Shown piece by piece: positions 26,972-39,196 of a DNA stretch of 64,000 nt. Position 1 is the stretch's first letter. Each line of letters starts with the position of its first letter. The notes under the pieces are model-generated. The model was not told the DNA's origin, ran no database searches, and worked only from the letters and a program-made list of their open reading frames with translations. The stretch covers positions 190,960,001 through 191,024,000 of the forward strand of contig NC_042998.1 in assembly GCF_006345805.1 (NCBI RefSeq), in the 5' to 3' direction. The stretch comes from Octopus sinensis. Taxonomy: Eukaryota. A program made the translations under genes and the position numbers.

Positions 26972-27445
26972 CATCGTGGTGTTATCAAGTACCAGCAGAA
27001 AAAGGATTTATCCCCCAAGGAAATTTAGGCCGACATATTTGCAACATTAGGGAATGACGCTCCAGGTTTATCAAAAGCGCCCGAGTGGGCGGCTAAATTT
27101 AAGAGGGGAAGGGAGAGTCTTGAAAATAGCTCAAAATCTGCTACTGTCAACATCGAAAAAAACATTGGTTGTTTTCAGCACATGGTGATGGATGACAGGC
27201 GATTGATTATAAATCGAATGGCGAATGCTATTAGCATATCCCATGAGAGAGGTGAGAATATTCTGTACAATTAACTTGGCATGATGAAGGTTTTTGCTCG
27301 GTGGATACCATACCTGACACCTGATCTAAAGCGCATTAGGCTGACCACATTACGGAATATTCTGATATTGTTTCGGGCAGATGTAGCTGGTTTCTCTGAA
27401 ATTTTCCAAAGCCAGGAGGAGTGCTGGGTTCATTACTTTAAACCA
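26972..27445 (+). mobile_element. mariner transposase fragment (N-terminal HTH to first catalytic Asp region)
   Basis: HRGVIKYQQKKDLSPKEI*ADIFATLGNDAP..EWAAKFKRGRESLE..MVMDDRRL..LGMMKVFARWIPYLTPD..QEECWVHYFKP, matching the mariner WVPRLL and TxDExWVHHFEP motifs. Contains stops; no TIRs seen. Confidence 0.9.
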
Positions 27446-28200
27446 CATGTTTGCCCTGTTTGCTTTGTCACAAGTTCTTTGTATCCTATTCTAGTCTTTG
27501 TTTCTATATCTAGGGCAGGTACCACTGGGATCATTACGTATACTCTTATCTAACTTCTTTATAACACTCCTGTATATTCGAACCCTATCTTTCTGATCAT
27601 ATCCAGAGAACTGCATGCGGTGCATGAAGTTCTGTATACGTTTTTTCATTTCATAGCGTCCACTTCGTTCATTATCCTAACTAAGTCTACTATAATTATG
27701 TTCATTTTCATGTCGTGTGACAAGGCTGAGTCCTTGTGAACAACACATTTTGAAGCTATAGGTGTCATGTAATAGGAGTGGAGGAGCTGCACTCTATTGT
27801 TCAGACTCTCTGACCAAAGTTCAGTATCAATTATGGGGAGTCTATTGCTGGGGTGCTTAGTGGGGTAATCTATAGTTACCTTGATACTTTGGTGGATCGA
27901 GTTAGCTACTTGCTGGATGCTCTCCATTACGTTCTTCTCAGTCTCTGCATTACCGTTACTAGAGTTGGTCCTAACTATGATATTAATGTCATCTACATAT
28001 CTACTGTAGAGTAGAAGACTTGTGAACTGTTTTGCTAACATTTGCTTAATTTTTCTTTCCCACCAGGACATGAAGAGGCCGGCCACATCTCCAGCTACAC
28101 CGACACCGATAGCTGCACCTTGAACTTGCATGTATATTTTTTTAAAATTAAACTTTACCATGTGGTTCTCCAAGGTGGTTTTTTTGGACACAACAGAAAT
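27437..28200 (-). mobile_element. Penelope-like element reverse transcriptase fragment (Naiad/Chlamys-like by motif recall)
   Basis: ORF 27646..28317 after its microsatellite part: QGAAIGVGVAGDVAGLFMSWW..LYSRYVDDINI..ANSIHQSIKVTIDYP..LPIIDTELW..HSYYMTPIAS..SAL. Continues after a frameshift as FMHRMQFSGY..D.SGTCPRYR..WFK. Confidence 0.85.
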
Positions 28201-28262
28201 CATACATACATACATACATACATACATACATACATACATACATACATACATACATACATACA

Positions 28263-28308
<46 letters not shown>

Positions 28309-28319
28309 AATTAACATAC

Positions 28320-28470
28320 CGAAAAATAAAAAAAGAAATAAGTGGAAATTTTACCGGTGAGTGTGTTAAATTATATAGCGCCAAAAGAGAATGACTCTCC
28401 CCAAACACTACAGAATATACTTCAACACACGAACTCACACAAAGAATCTTGCAAACCAATACTAGAAACG

Positions 28471-28472
<2 letters not shown>
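28320..28472. repeat. About 150-bp dispersed repeat between microsatellites; second copy at about 36900-37060
   Basis: gaaattttaccggtgagtgtgtta..aatgactctcccca.acac.acagaata..ttcaacacacgaa..aagaatcttgcaaacc is shared by both loci. Confidence 0.85.
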
Positions 28473-28543
<71 letters not shown>

Positions 28544-30726
28544 ATGTGGTTTCTTCAACAGTCTACTATGTTTTTAGAACTTAAAGGATTTTATTGTTTG
28601 CTAGTATCAAATACTAGATTTAAAATTAACGAATGTCTCGGGCAGAGTTTGGTCATATTTTTAATATTTAATTAGCATAATCCTTCCATCAATGCAATAA
28701 TTAGGTGAATGTTTATGTGATCGTCTCCAAAACCGAAGATTTTTTATACTCAACCAGATATTTGTGCTGTACATGACACTAACTTAAAATACAATAAATG
28801 CATAGAATATTGATTCTAATTTTAAAACTAAATTTTTTCTTTTTTCAAATTCTCGAAGGATGATGCCAATGCTGCGTTAGAACGTCTACCAAGAAACATG
28901 ACTCCAACGTACTTTATCAGGTTTTGGTGCATTCATAAACTCCGTTGAGGATAGATTTCATTGAAAGAAGAATATAGAAGCATACTAGTCCTCTTGGTTG
29001 ATATTTCTGTGTTAAAGCAAAACACTTGTGGAGTGCAGCTGAGATGAAGACAAAAATTAGTCTGAAAGAGCTAACATAAACTCTCATAATTTGGTAAAAA
29101 GATTCTTATTTCCGGTTACAAATAATTGAACGCTATAGAGTTTAATTACAAACTATTCATTAGGCTACATTTTTTTTCTGCTAATAACTGTAGTTTATTT
29201 TCAGGTTAGTAAATTATTTAACCGACAAAAGGAAAATTACGAAAGATATTTGCAATTATGGCAAATTTCATATTGATATTCTCTCGAAACAATGTCTAGA
29301 TTATCTTCAATTACTTAATTAACATTTTCCTGGCTTTGAAATATTATGCAATTGCTCTAGCAAGTAAACAAATATGTATTTAAAGTTCTTACATAGAAGC
29401 ACTAAATATTAATTGCATGGAAACATCCAAGTATATATTTCTGAAAGTTTCTTTATTTTCGTTTATTTGTTTATTTGTGTGAGTGTATATATAATATACT
29501 TTTGCCTTATACATGTGCATATGAGGAAGTATGCAAAGGTGTCTGACATACGCATACATACTCAAAGGCGTGGTTAACATGATTTTAATTATAGCATATT
29601 TGTTCTTTGTATAATTAACATATTGCTACCTCTAAGTGCTGTTGATGGCAAAGTTGCAGCCATTGTAATTTCATGTTTGGCATTTTACTTACTTTTGTTT
29701 TGGTGATATTGTTGTACAAATTCGCTTAGAGATTAGCCAAGTAAGGTCAATGTCACTTGCTAACCGGATCAACAAGCTATTATGTCAGTGCTGACGCTAT
29801 ACTAACAAGTGATTCAGATTATTATAATAAGCTCCTTGGCGAAGATTAAAACCTACATACTTTATGGCAGTCCCCTTTGACACTAAAATTTATCTTAATC
29901 TTGGAATATTCGAGTAATGCTTTATTAAACAACGAATAAACCCGTACGTGTATACATTTATAAGAAAGTCCGGAGGAAAATACTCAGTATCGCCTTCTGC
30001 AGACAAAAACAAAGAACTTCGTTATTAGTAAAGACAGTTAGAATATAAATGATGTTGTGGCTAGGAAATATTTTGCTTAATGCTTGATTCGTGTAAAAAA
30101 AAAACAGAAAAAAAAAAACAGAGAGAATCCAAACTCAAAATTCACCAAAAGGCATGTTTCGATGTTATGAGGTCACCTTAGTGGAGCAGAGCGTATACAC
30201 TACTGTATCCACTTTTAACTACTCATCATATTTATGAATCCGCTTTTATTAATATATTTCGATACCAGATGCTGATATGAACTACACACATTAAGAAAGA
30301 TAAAACTCTCTAATTTTGAGAGGAAACTCTATGCGGCCGCTGACTCCGATGGAAATAGCAGCCAAACGTCCCTCAAACAACGAACTATCATGAAACGGAC
30401 ACATTAGTTAACGTAGCATTGCTTTTTACCATTCACGTAAGAGGAAAGACAAAATAGTGGTGGCTGAAACGCCTTTCATAACCGATCAAAACTGATTTGC
30501 AGCCATATTTAACATATTCACGGAACAAAACGTTCCGTTCTTTTATTCTTTTATTCTGAGTGCTAATTCTATAGTTATGTTTGAAGTTAGCGTGTGTTCT
30601 CATGTAATAAAATCACATGAATATGATATTTCTTTTATCCTATATAAAGCAAATGTTTCAAAAATGTAAAGTAAAGCATCTTCTATATATAAGTCTAATG
30701 TTAGAATATAATTTACACAACTAATC

Positions 30727-30961
30727 TGTTCCTTTATTACCCACAAGGGGCTAAACATAGAGGGGACAAACAAGGACAGACAATCGGATTAAGTCGATTA
30801 CATCGCCCCCAGTACGTAACTGGTACTTAATTTATCGACTCCGAAAGGATGAAAGGCAAAGTCGACATCGTCGGAATTTGAACTCAGAACGTAACGGAAG
30901 ATGAAATACGGCTACGCATTTCGCCCGGCGTTCTAACGTTTCTGCCAGCTGGCCACCTTCC
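30727..30961 (-). mobile_element. Family-B SINE with 17-bp TSD
   Basis: TSD aatttacacaactaatc at 30710-30726 and 30962-30978. The central ctttcatcctttcggagtcgataaattaagtaccag resembles conserved Meta-type SINE domains (inference). Confidence 0.95.
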
Positions 30962-31892
30962 AATTTACACAACTAATCCATTATAAACTATAATATAAAT
31001 AACGACAGATGTAACTAAGTATTATAACTAAAACCTTACATGGATCGTTGTGTCATTTTATGTATGCAAATATTTCCCTTTCAGTTCATCTTTGGTGTTC
31101 ATAATTTCATTCATTATCATTGTTTCGTCTTGGTCCAAACCAGACTGAATAAACCTGTGTTCAAATGTCTTTTTTGAAACTACACTTCCGCTTTGTCCGT
31201 TGATTTAGCTGCTTCAGCAGCCATTTAAATGATACCGCCATTGCTCGTTTAATATTTTTCTATTATTTTTATAAAGCTTTTAAACTGTTTGAACATAACT
31301 GGTTCACGTACATACTTTTGAAATAACATGACGACAAGAAAGTGGGTTATCCAAAACTAAAATTAGAATAACAAAAATACACAGATTTTTTTTATTAATC
31401 ATAAAAAGAAAACCTCCACCAAACTAGATTCTTTAGATTCTGAGACATCATTAATGCAACTGAAACAATTAATCAACCAAGCAAACTAACGATATGATAT
31501 CAGAGAAACATTATTTTATGAATGGGTATGTTCAAGAGGGAATACTCTTGTAGATATTAATGTTCCACAAGAGGAAGCGTCATTCTTTTAATTTTACAAG
31601 TGTTTCATGTAGTAACCATGCGACATGGAAATATTCCCTCGGCATTTCTGCTGAATTGTTCTCCATTCTGTATAGCGAATGCACGTTTTCTACATAAATG
31701 ACACAAATACATTCAATTTTACTCCCAAACATTTGCTTCTAAATCCCTCCTGTACCACATCTCTTTGCCACATGTCTATAAATTTGTCTATTGTTAACTG
31801 AAAACTACCTTCGTAGCTTTACTTATCTCGAGAAATCATGAAATTATTTTCAATATGGCTCAAATAAAGGACATTCTTATAATACATCAACA

Positions 31893-32302
31893 GGATCTTT
31901 TCGGTTTGAACGGCAGTTTTTTTCTAGCGGTGTCATCTGAAATTCTCACCCATAATTATGACCCTAGTATCGATCTATTGCATTTCAATCTGTTTTAGGG
32001 TTAGGAGTGGGGGGAAGGGTATCTTTTTTTCTTCAGAAATGTAAATAAACCCAATCTGTTTCTTAAACGAGGGACATATTTATACGGCATAGAATGTTTT
32101 TTAGCTCAATAGACGTCACTGATTGGTTGAAATTGCAGGAATTGAAGAAAAAACAACAAATATCTTACAAACTATAGAATTTTCTCAATAAAGCCAAGAG
32201 AAAAAGATGTTTTATAAACACATTCTACCAGTATACGAAGTTAAAAATTTCTTAGTTACCTAGAAATTATGTTAAAAACTGCCGTTCAAACCGAAAAGAT
32301 CC
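31893..32302. mobile_element. Non-autonomous DNA transposon (MITE), 29-bp TIR, 8-bp TSD
   Basis: TIR GGATCTTTTCGGTTTGAACGGCAGTTTTT; TSD catcaaca at 31885-31892 and 32303-32310. Confidence 0.93.
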
Positions 32303-33254
32303 CATCAACATGACGGAAAGTGATAGAAAGGGTAGAGAGCCATCGGGACCTGATAAATGTTATATCTTGCATCCTTGTAATACATTCAGTATCATTATCG
32401 GATATCAAAACAACTAAAATCAATACTAGAATCAATAAAAAATATAACGAGCCAAAGAGAAAGACTACGTGGTGGTTGTTTGATAAGACTAGAAATAGCA
32501 GCAAAACTCCGTCAGATCTCATGTTGTTGTCTTATGAACTATAAAGATATATTCGAAAATTTAAATCTGTAAACAAGGGCGAAACTCGAAAACATTTTCT
32601 TATAGATTTATATTAATTTCTTTAAAAATGCATTAAACTTCACATATAATTAGTACCGTGTGGCTTTCTAGTTCATACATGTCCTTAAAGGAAAGGCTTG
32701 TAACTGATATGCTATCACATGTACAGATTTGAAACACAGATTAAGATCAGTCATTACCGTTGTAGATGTTTAGCGTTAGATCAGTTCTAAAGGTATAGTT
32801 CTTTGATCAAAAATATTCTAACAACGACCACTCTTATTTCCTTTCAGTCGTAGTGTACCTTGGTCTATATTAGTCAAATACTCCCATTGCTTTTATCTTA
32901 GCCTTAAAGACCCGATCACTCTACGTTGAATGTAGTCTCTAAAATATCCCATTATCTGAGCTTATTGCTGTTACCTGTCCTGACTTTTATTTTAGATTTT
33001 GAACACCCTACGAATTAATTTCTTTGATGATCTTCGTGTTCAAAGCTAATGATGCTCATCGTCTAGAAATATATATATATATATATACTTTTAATGATTA
33101 AAAAAAAAACATTCTATTTTTAACATTTCAGGATATAAAAAGACGTCACAAGCGAGACTTGTCAACTGTTTCAGATGACATTTACTGCAGTAAGACTAGG
33201 TAAAATGAAAGCAAATATTAACCTTCAGAGAAGCTAAAAGCAAAAACATATATA

Positions 33255-33285
<31 letters not shown>

Positions 33286-33289
33286 TATA

Positions 33290-33314
33290 TGTTCAATATT
33301 GCTCCAATGGAAGG

Positions 33315-33386
<72 letters not shown>

Positions 33387-33419
33387 TCATATATGCCTTC
33401 TATTGGTGCAATGTGAACA
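33290..33419. repeat. Imperfect 26-bp inverted repeat enclosing a (TA)n tract
   Basis: tgttcaatattgctccaatggaaggc (33290-33315) vs the reverse complement of 33395-33419, 22/26 match. Confidence 0.8.
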
Positions 33420-34336
33420 CATATGTATGTATGTATGTATATATATATATATAAATAAAATTATGGAGTCTACCATCAAGAGAAAAACAAAAATAGGTTA
33501 TATCTAGCGTACGAGAAATATCTATTCCCGACATATATCTCAGTTTTATTCTTTGAATCTGTTTAGTTGGAATATTGGATATATTTGAGCAGTATTTCTT
33601 CGCAGTCTTCAGAATCGGAAAACCATTTTCTCCTACCTAGATATTCTTCATATTTCAGCTTAGGCACGAAAGAGAGTGGGCACAGCTCCAAGTCAACCTT
33701 GCATTTCTAAAATCTCTTTATAGGCAGAAGAAATGTTGAAAGGGAGAGACAAAAATAAAAGAAATTTATCGACGTATTCTACCTATACATTGCCATTAAC
33801 AGACGTGGTTTGGATGCTACTGCTAACAACCTGAAACTCTACTGTATTCCACTATGTGTATGCATGTGCTCTCTGTCACGCTCGCTCTTACATATATACA
33901 CGCAGAACTACACACAGGCGTTCAAACAGAATTATTTATACACAATCCCACATGTACATATGTACACATGCATATGTTCACAGATGCACATGCATATGTT
34001 CACAGATGCACATTCATATGTTCACAGATGCACATCACACAAATAACAAATAGTCACACAAAAGAGCAGATATAGAATCATTTGTTACACGCTATATATG
34101 TATGTCTGTATATGTGTATGCGTGTGTGTATGTGTGTGTGTGTATGAGTATGTGTGTGTCTGTTTGTGATGGGTAAGTTTGAGTATATTTGTGCGTGCGA
34201 GTGTATGTACATATGTATATCTGTCCATATGCATGCATGTATGTATGTACATGCGTGTGTGCGTCTGTATATATATATATATATATTATATATATATATA
34301 TATATTTATATGTATATACATATAAGAGATAATGGT

Positions 34337-34392
34337 GTCCTCCGATGAAGGGATTTTATTATTAATTAATATTCTAGAAACAGCTGTAAGAC
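34337..34392 (+). ncRNA. Hammerhead relic
   Basis: gt(c)ct CCGATGA A [AT-rich decayed stem II] GAA ACAGCTGT A agac. U4C substitution, 8-nt palindromic stem III, stem I gtct/agac with one bulge. Confidence 0.5.
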
Positions 34393-34673
34393 CTATCTAT
34401 AAATGGTCTAATATCTATACAGCCTTGGTTTTTTTTAAAATCTCATTAGGCAAAAAAAAATTCATATATATATACATATATATATATCTATATCATTACA
34501 CACACTGACACACACACACACACATATACACACACATAAACACTCACTCATATTACCATTGTATCGTGCATCAAAACAAATCTTACTGTTGTTTTTATTT
34601 ATTTTACAATTCAGACTTAATGATGCGACGCCAAATAATAAGAATTTTTATGAAAATTTGTTCAGTAGTTTGG

Positions 34674-34774
<101 letters not shown>

Positions 34775-34896
34775 TTTACAAAATAAGGGCAAAAGAAAAA
34801 TTCTAATGCCAAATATGCCGAAAAAAAGACAAAATTGTAAATAACCATTATAATTTATGCGTCTCGAAACAAACCGATAGAAATTTCTAAAATATC

Positions 34897-34967
34897 CGTT
34901 ATTACCGTATTGGTCCCAATTTCGGGGCAAATTCGTAAGAATTTTCCCCTCTTCAGCGATAAATACG
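34897..34967 (-). ncRNA. Apparently intact extended type I hammerhead ribozyme
   Basis: Minus: cgtatttatcg CTGAAGA ggggaaaattc ttac gaatttgcccc GAA ATTG ggac CAAT A cggtaataacg. All core nucleotides canonical including G10.1-C11.1. Stem II 10/11 bp, stem III 4 bp plus tetraloop, stem I 6 bp + 2x2 loop + 3 bp. Predicted cut AUA| between 34908 and 34907. Confidence 0.88.
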
Positions 34968-34989
34968 TGAGATATAAATGAAATACTTA

Positions 34990-35060
<71 letters not shown>

Positions 35061-35074
35061 TATGTATATATATA

Positions 35075-35232
35075 TAAGATGGGCTTCAATAACTGTATCT
35101 GCCTCTAGGTACTAATTAACACGAGAGTATATTGGACGATTCTTGTCAAAGAGGTTTCGCTATGGAACCGAAGCAAAGACCATGTGGTTACGAAGTGAAC
35201 TTTGTAACCATACATCCATGCCCATGCCTATA
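35075..35232 (-). mobile_element. Old family-A-related SINE 5' half
   Basis: accatgtggtta...ttgtaaccatacatccatgcccatgcctata is a decayed head on minus. Confidence 0.55.
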
Positions 35233-35968
35233 GTACTGATAATATTTTTCTGAGTCTACAGCTCAATGGCGCAGTTGCTATATTTCGCTCACTGGGGCTG
35301 TGAGCTGAGATCTAGCAATACGAAGAGTTCACTGATATGAAAATACGGATGTTATACAACACATTAAGGTTTGTTAAAGCATATAAACATTGTTACCAGC
35401 ATAGATATAGAGTAAAACAATAGCAGTACAGACATTATATCTTTGATGTCATTTCGTACTTAAGTCTGTTTACTTCTTGAACAGAGTAAAAAACAAAAAC
35501 AATACATAGTAATTTTCAAGCAGGAGAGCTGACAAGTGTATAAGAAGGACTATAGCTTTCAGAGATTTTATTTCCTAAGGCTGCACATTTATACGTATGT
35601 GTACTTTTACACAGTAATCAAATGATTCAAAGAATATACCATATCAAATGAAATTATACATTTGATACTTCTCTATAACCTTCTAAACAATTTCCAAGAT
35701 AAACCTGGAATTTCCTCGGGTATGCTAATTATGAAGAATAAGTGATTTATTAGATTTATGAAGGGTAGTGTAAGGGAAGTAACTCACATATTCGATAGTT
35801 AAAAATTTGATTTATCACGGAAAGTAGGGACAGAAATAGGATTGCGTGGACGTGAAAGTAAACGGAAAAAAATATGGGATAGTGTATGTCGTAGAATTTC
35901 CCATAGTTATATGGTAAATTTAATATTGTAACACATTGTTAGGAGTTGCATGAACCAAATATATATAA

Positions 35969-36362
35969 TCTTTATATATAAAAGTGAAGTTGTGTGTCTG
36001 TCTCCTACGATTTAGATTCCTAACTACTCCCACATTTTGCGGTGCAGTGTAACCAAAAGCGAGTATCTTATAGTCGTGATTCATATCGAGCCCTTCTGTG
36101 TATTAGCGCGCGTCTACGATGAGTCTACGATTTTAAAAAAATACCATTATTTTTCCCCATTTTTAATGCATTTTTTGCTATTATATAAGGGAAGTAACTC
36201 TCTAAAAATCTATTATTAAATCTCGGAACGTAAAAAGCTACAGTAACACCCCCCCCCTTTGTGGTTAGCCATATTGAGATGGCTATTATATTTTACATCG
36301 CTAAAAATGCTTATATAGTTATTTCCCTTACAAACCCGAGCAACGCCGGGCGATACTGCTAG
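35969..36362 (+). mobile_element. Non-autonomous Helitron (394 bp)
   Basis: 5' TC (tctttatatataaaag), subterminal GC hairpin cccgagcaacgccggg, 3' CTAG, inserted between A and T. Confidence 0.88.
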
Positions 36363-36537
36363 TAAAATATAATTGTTTATTGAAGAATTTGTGTATAGAG
36401 GGATGTACAGAATTTAATTTATTTTTAATAAACTGGATGCATCAGGATTACAAGAAGAAAAGAGAAAATGGAACGTAAATTAGTCACGATATGAAGAGAG
36501 GGAAAAATTGAATGAAATTTTGGGAAAATGGAAAGAC

Positions 36538-36913
36538 AGACTATTGAAAAGGTTGCAAGACGGAAGGAAAATTTTAGAATATTAAAAATAAGAAACTATG
36601 TCTTTCGCATTCATATATTAACAGCTTAGATCTTCTGTTGTGTCTGGGGAGAGTCATTTTCTTTTTGTGCCTTATAATGTAACTTGACTATTGTCTTGAC
36701 TATTGAAAAGGTTGTAAGACGCAACTAAAATTTTAGGAAAATAAAAATAAGAAACTATCTCTTTCGCATTCATATATTAACAGTTTAGATCTTCTGTTGT
36801 GTCTGGGGAGAGTCATTTTCTTTTTGTGCCTTATAATGTAACTTGACTATTGTCTTGACTATTGAAAAGGTTGCAAGACGCAAAGAAAATTTTAGGAAAA
36901 TAAAAATAAGAAA
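36538..36913. repeat. 159-bp tandem repeat (about 2.4 copies) followed by an inverted about 50-bp segment (36790-36842 vs 36940-36990)
   Basis: ctattgaaaagg starts at 36541, 36700 and 36859. The inner ttctgttgtgtctggggagagtcattttctttttgtgccttataatgtaac is the reverse complement of the adjacent dispersed repeat. Confidence 0.9.
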
Positions 36914-37370
36914 AAAGTAGAAATTTTACCGGTGAGTGTGTTACATTATAAGGCACAAAAAGAAAATGACTCTCCCCAGACACAACAGAATATGCTTCAA
37001 CACACGAAATCATATAAAGAATCTTGCAAACCAAATCCAAAAACGAAATATTATACTAACATTTTGAAAATAGACTTAAATGTTGATTTTCTTAAATATT
37101 GTCAAATAGTTTTAACAAATTACAAAGTACTTGAAATAGTTAATAAAAGAGCTTGAGGACATTTACATGTTAAATAAACAAAACGTGTTACTAATATTTA
37201 GTGCAATTTAAGTTGAAGTCTTGAAATAGGTAGAGAGTTGTATTTATTTAAATTAACTTCTAATATGGAACATGAATAAAAGGACGCGCCCGGGGCAAGC
37301 CACAAAAATACCTTCCTCACTCCCATTACAAAATCTACAATATTATATATTACTTACTTGTTACAAATAA

Positions 37371-37413
37371 CTAGTAGTATCGCCCGGCGTTGCTCGGGTT
37401 TGTTTCGACCCTT
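37371..37413 (-). mobile_element. Helitron 3'-terminal remnant
   Basis: Minus: acaaacccgagcaacgccgggcgatactaCTAG|t, nearly identical to the 36362 terminus. Confidence 0.8.
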
Positions 37414-37517
37414 TCAACTTCCGTCTACCAAATCCACTCACAAGGCTTTGGTCGGCCCGAGGCTATAGTAGAAGACACTTGCCCAAAGTGTCACGCAGTG
37501 GGACCGAACCCGGGACC

Positions 37518-37518
<1 letters not shown>
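37414..37518 (-). mobile_element. Family-A SINE internal fragment ending at a (TA)n tract
   Basis: ttccgtctaccaaatccactcacaaggctttggtcggcccgaggctatagtagaagacacttgccc. Confidence 0.85.
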
Positions 37519-37571
<53 letters not shown>

Positions 37572-37580
37572 TATAGAAGG

Positions 37581-37631
37581 AGCTTCTACAGGACTAGAAC
37601 TGTTTCATTCAAGAGAAATCTTCAGGAAGCT
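37581..37631 (-). ncRNA. Type I hammerhead, left copy of inverted pair
   Basis: Minus: agcttc CTGAAGA t ttc tctt gaa t GAA ACAG ttctagtc CTGT A gaagct. 6-bp stem I, canonical core, GUA site, U-U at 10.1/11.1. Confidence 0.8.
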
Positions 37632-38545
37632 AGTTAACAAGAATTGTATTGGCATTGGATAAATGGTCTGGCTGTCATAGCCAAGATGTTTGTGACCAAG
37701 CGGCCAAAGATAACAAAAGTAATAAACGAAGATAATAAAATTAAAATTAGGGAATGGGTCTGTATTTGTATATGTATATATATATATGTGTGTATGTGTA
37801 GGTATGCATGGGTACACATATGTATATATATGTGTATATATATTATATGTGTATGTATGTATATGTGTATATGTATGTGTATGTATGTATATATATGTGT
37901 ATGTATGTGTATGTGTGGGTGTTATATATGTGTGGTATGTGTATATATGTGTATATATAGGGCTAGTGTGCTGTGTGTGCATGTGTGTGTATGGATTTGT
38001 GTGTGTATGCGTGTATATGAGTATATGTGTGTGTATGTGTATATTATATTTTTCCTGTGTGTATATGTATGTGTGGTCGTGTGTGTATATATACATGTGT
38101 GTATACGTGTATGCAAGTGAGTGTGTGTATGTATACATATATATGTGTATGTGTAGATATGTATATGTATGTGTGAGTGTATATATGTGTGTATGTGTAG
38201 AGGTATAAGTGAGAATCTCCTTATTTACCTAAAACTCTATTCCCCCCTTTATATATATATATATATATTTTTTTTTTTTATTTATTTTTTTATTTTTTTT
38301 TTTTATTTTTATTTTATTTTTTTTATATTTTTTTATTTTCTATTTTTTATTTTTTATTTTTTATTTTTTATTTTTTATTTTTTATTTTTTATTTTTTATT
38401 TATTCTCCTATCTAATTTAACACTGACTCCTTGACCACTCCCCCAAGTATGATTTTTTGCGCTATGCCTACCCCCAAAAAGTCCCCCACCAACACCCCTT
38501 TAAACCTGCCTAAATGTATAAATGCCAATACAATTCTTGTTAACT

Positions 38546-38596
38546 AGCTTCCTGAAGATTTCTCTTGAATGAAACAGTTCTAGTCCTGTAGAAGCT
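38546..38596 (+). ncRNA. Type I hammerhead, right copy of inverted pair
   Basis: Identical to the left copy; predicted cut between 38590 and 38591. Confidence 0.8.
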
Positions 38597-38678
38597 CCTT
38601 CTATATAATAAATTAATTTTACTCTGCTATGTATTGAGTACCTTATTTACTGTGGTTAACCCCGAATCAACCCGGACC

Positions 38679-38753
<75 letters not shown>

Positions 38754-39196
38754 GTGTGTGTGTGGATGGTGTATGTGTATGTTGTATAGCAAACCATAAG
38801 TGTGGCAAATAAATCAACGGGGAAGGTTACGAAAGTTAATAGAGTTTCAAAGTCGATGATAATTAAGCTAAGAGAAGTTATCCATGCTGAAGAAATAGAT
38901 GATTGCTTAAGTGATGAACTGATACAGGTGTTACATATTTCAAAATATACAGGTGTTACATGTTTATGACATCTTTGAGATGGTTATATGTAAATATCAG
39001 ATTCATGTGTGTTTGCGTATTTAGGTAAATAGAAATTTTGAAATATTGCAAACTTTTAAATCTTCAATATGAGCAAGAAGATATGTATTCGAAGAATGTT
39101 TATCAAGATGTGATGCTTTGGGAAACAGTATTTCATAAAATCTATTTTATTTGCGAAGCATTATTGTATGTTGGTAGTATATAGATTTAAAATCTG

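Larger units (their letters stand above)
37562..38615. mobile_element. Young composite bounded by perfect 95-bp HHR-containing inverted repeats (37562-37656, 38521-38615); inverted-pLTR-like PLE derivative
   Basis: The arms are exact reverse complements. The interior is non-coding and low-complexity. (TA)n flanks the left end directly and the right end after about 65 more bp. Confidence 0.7.
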
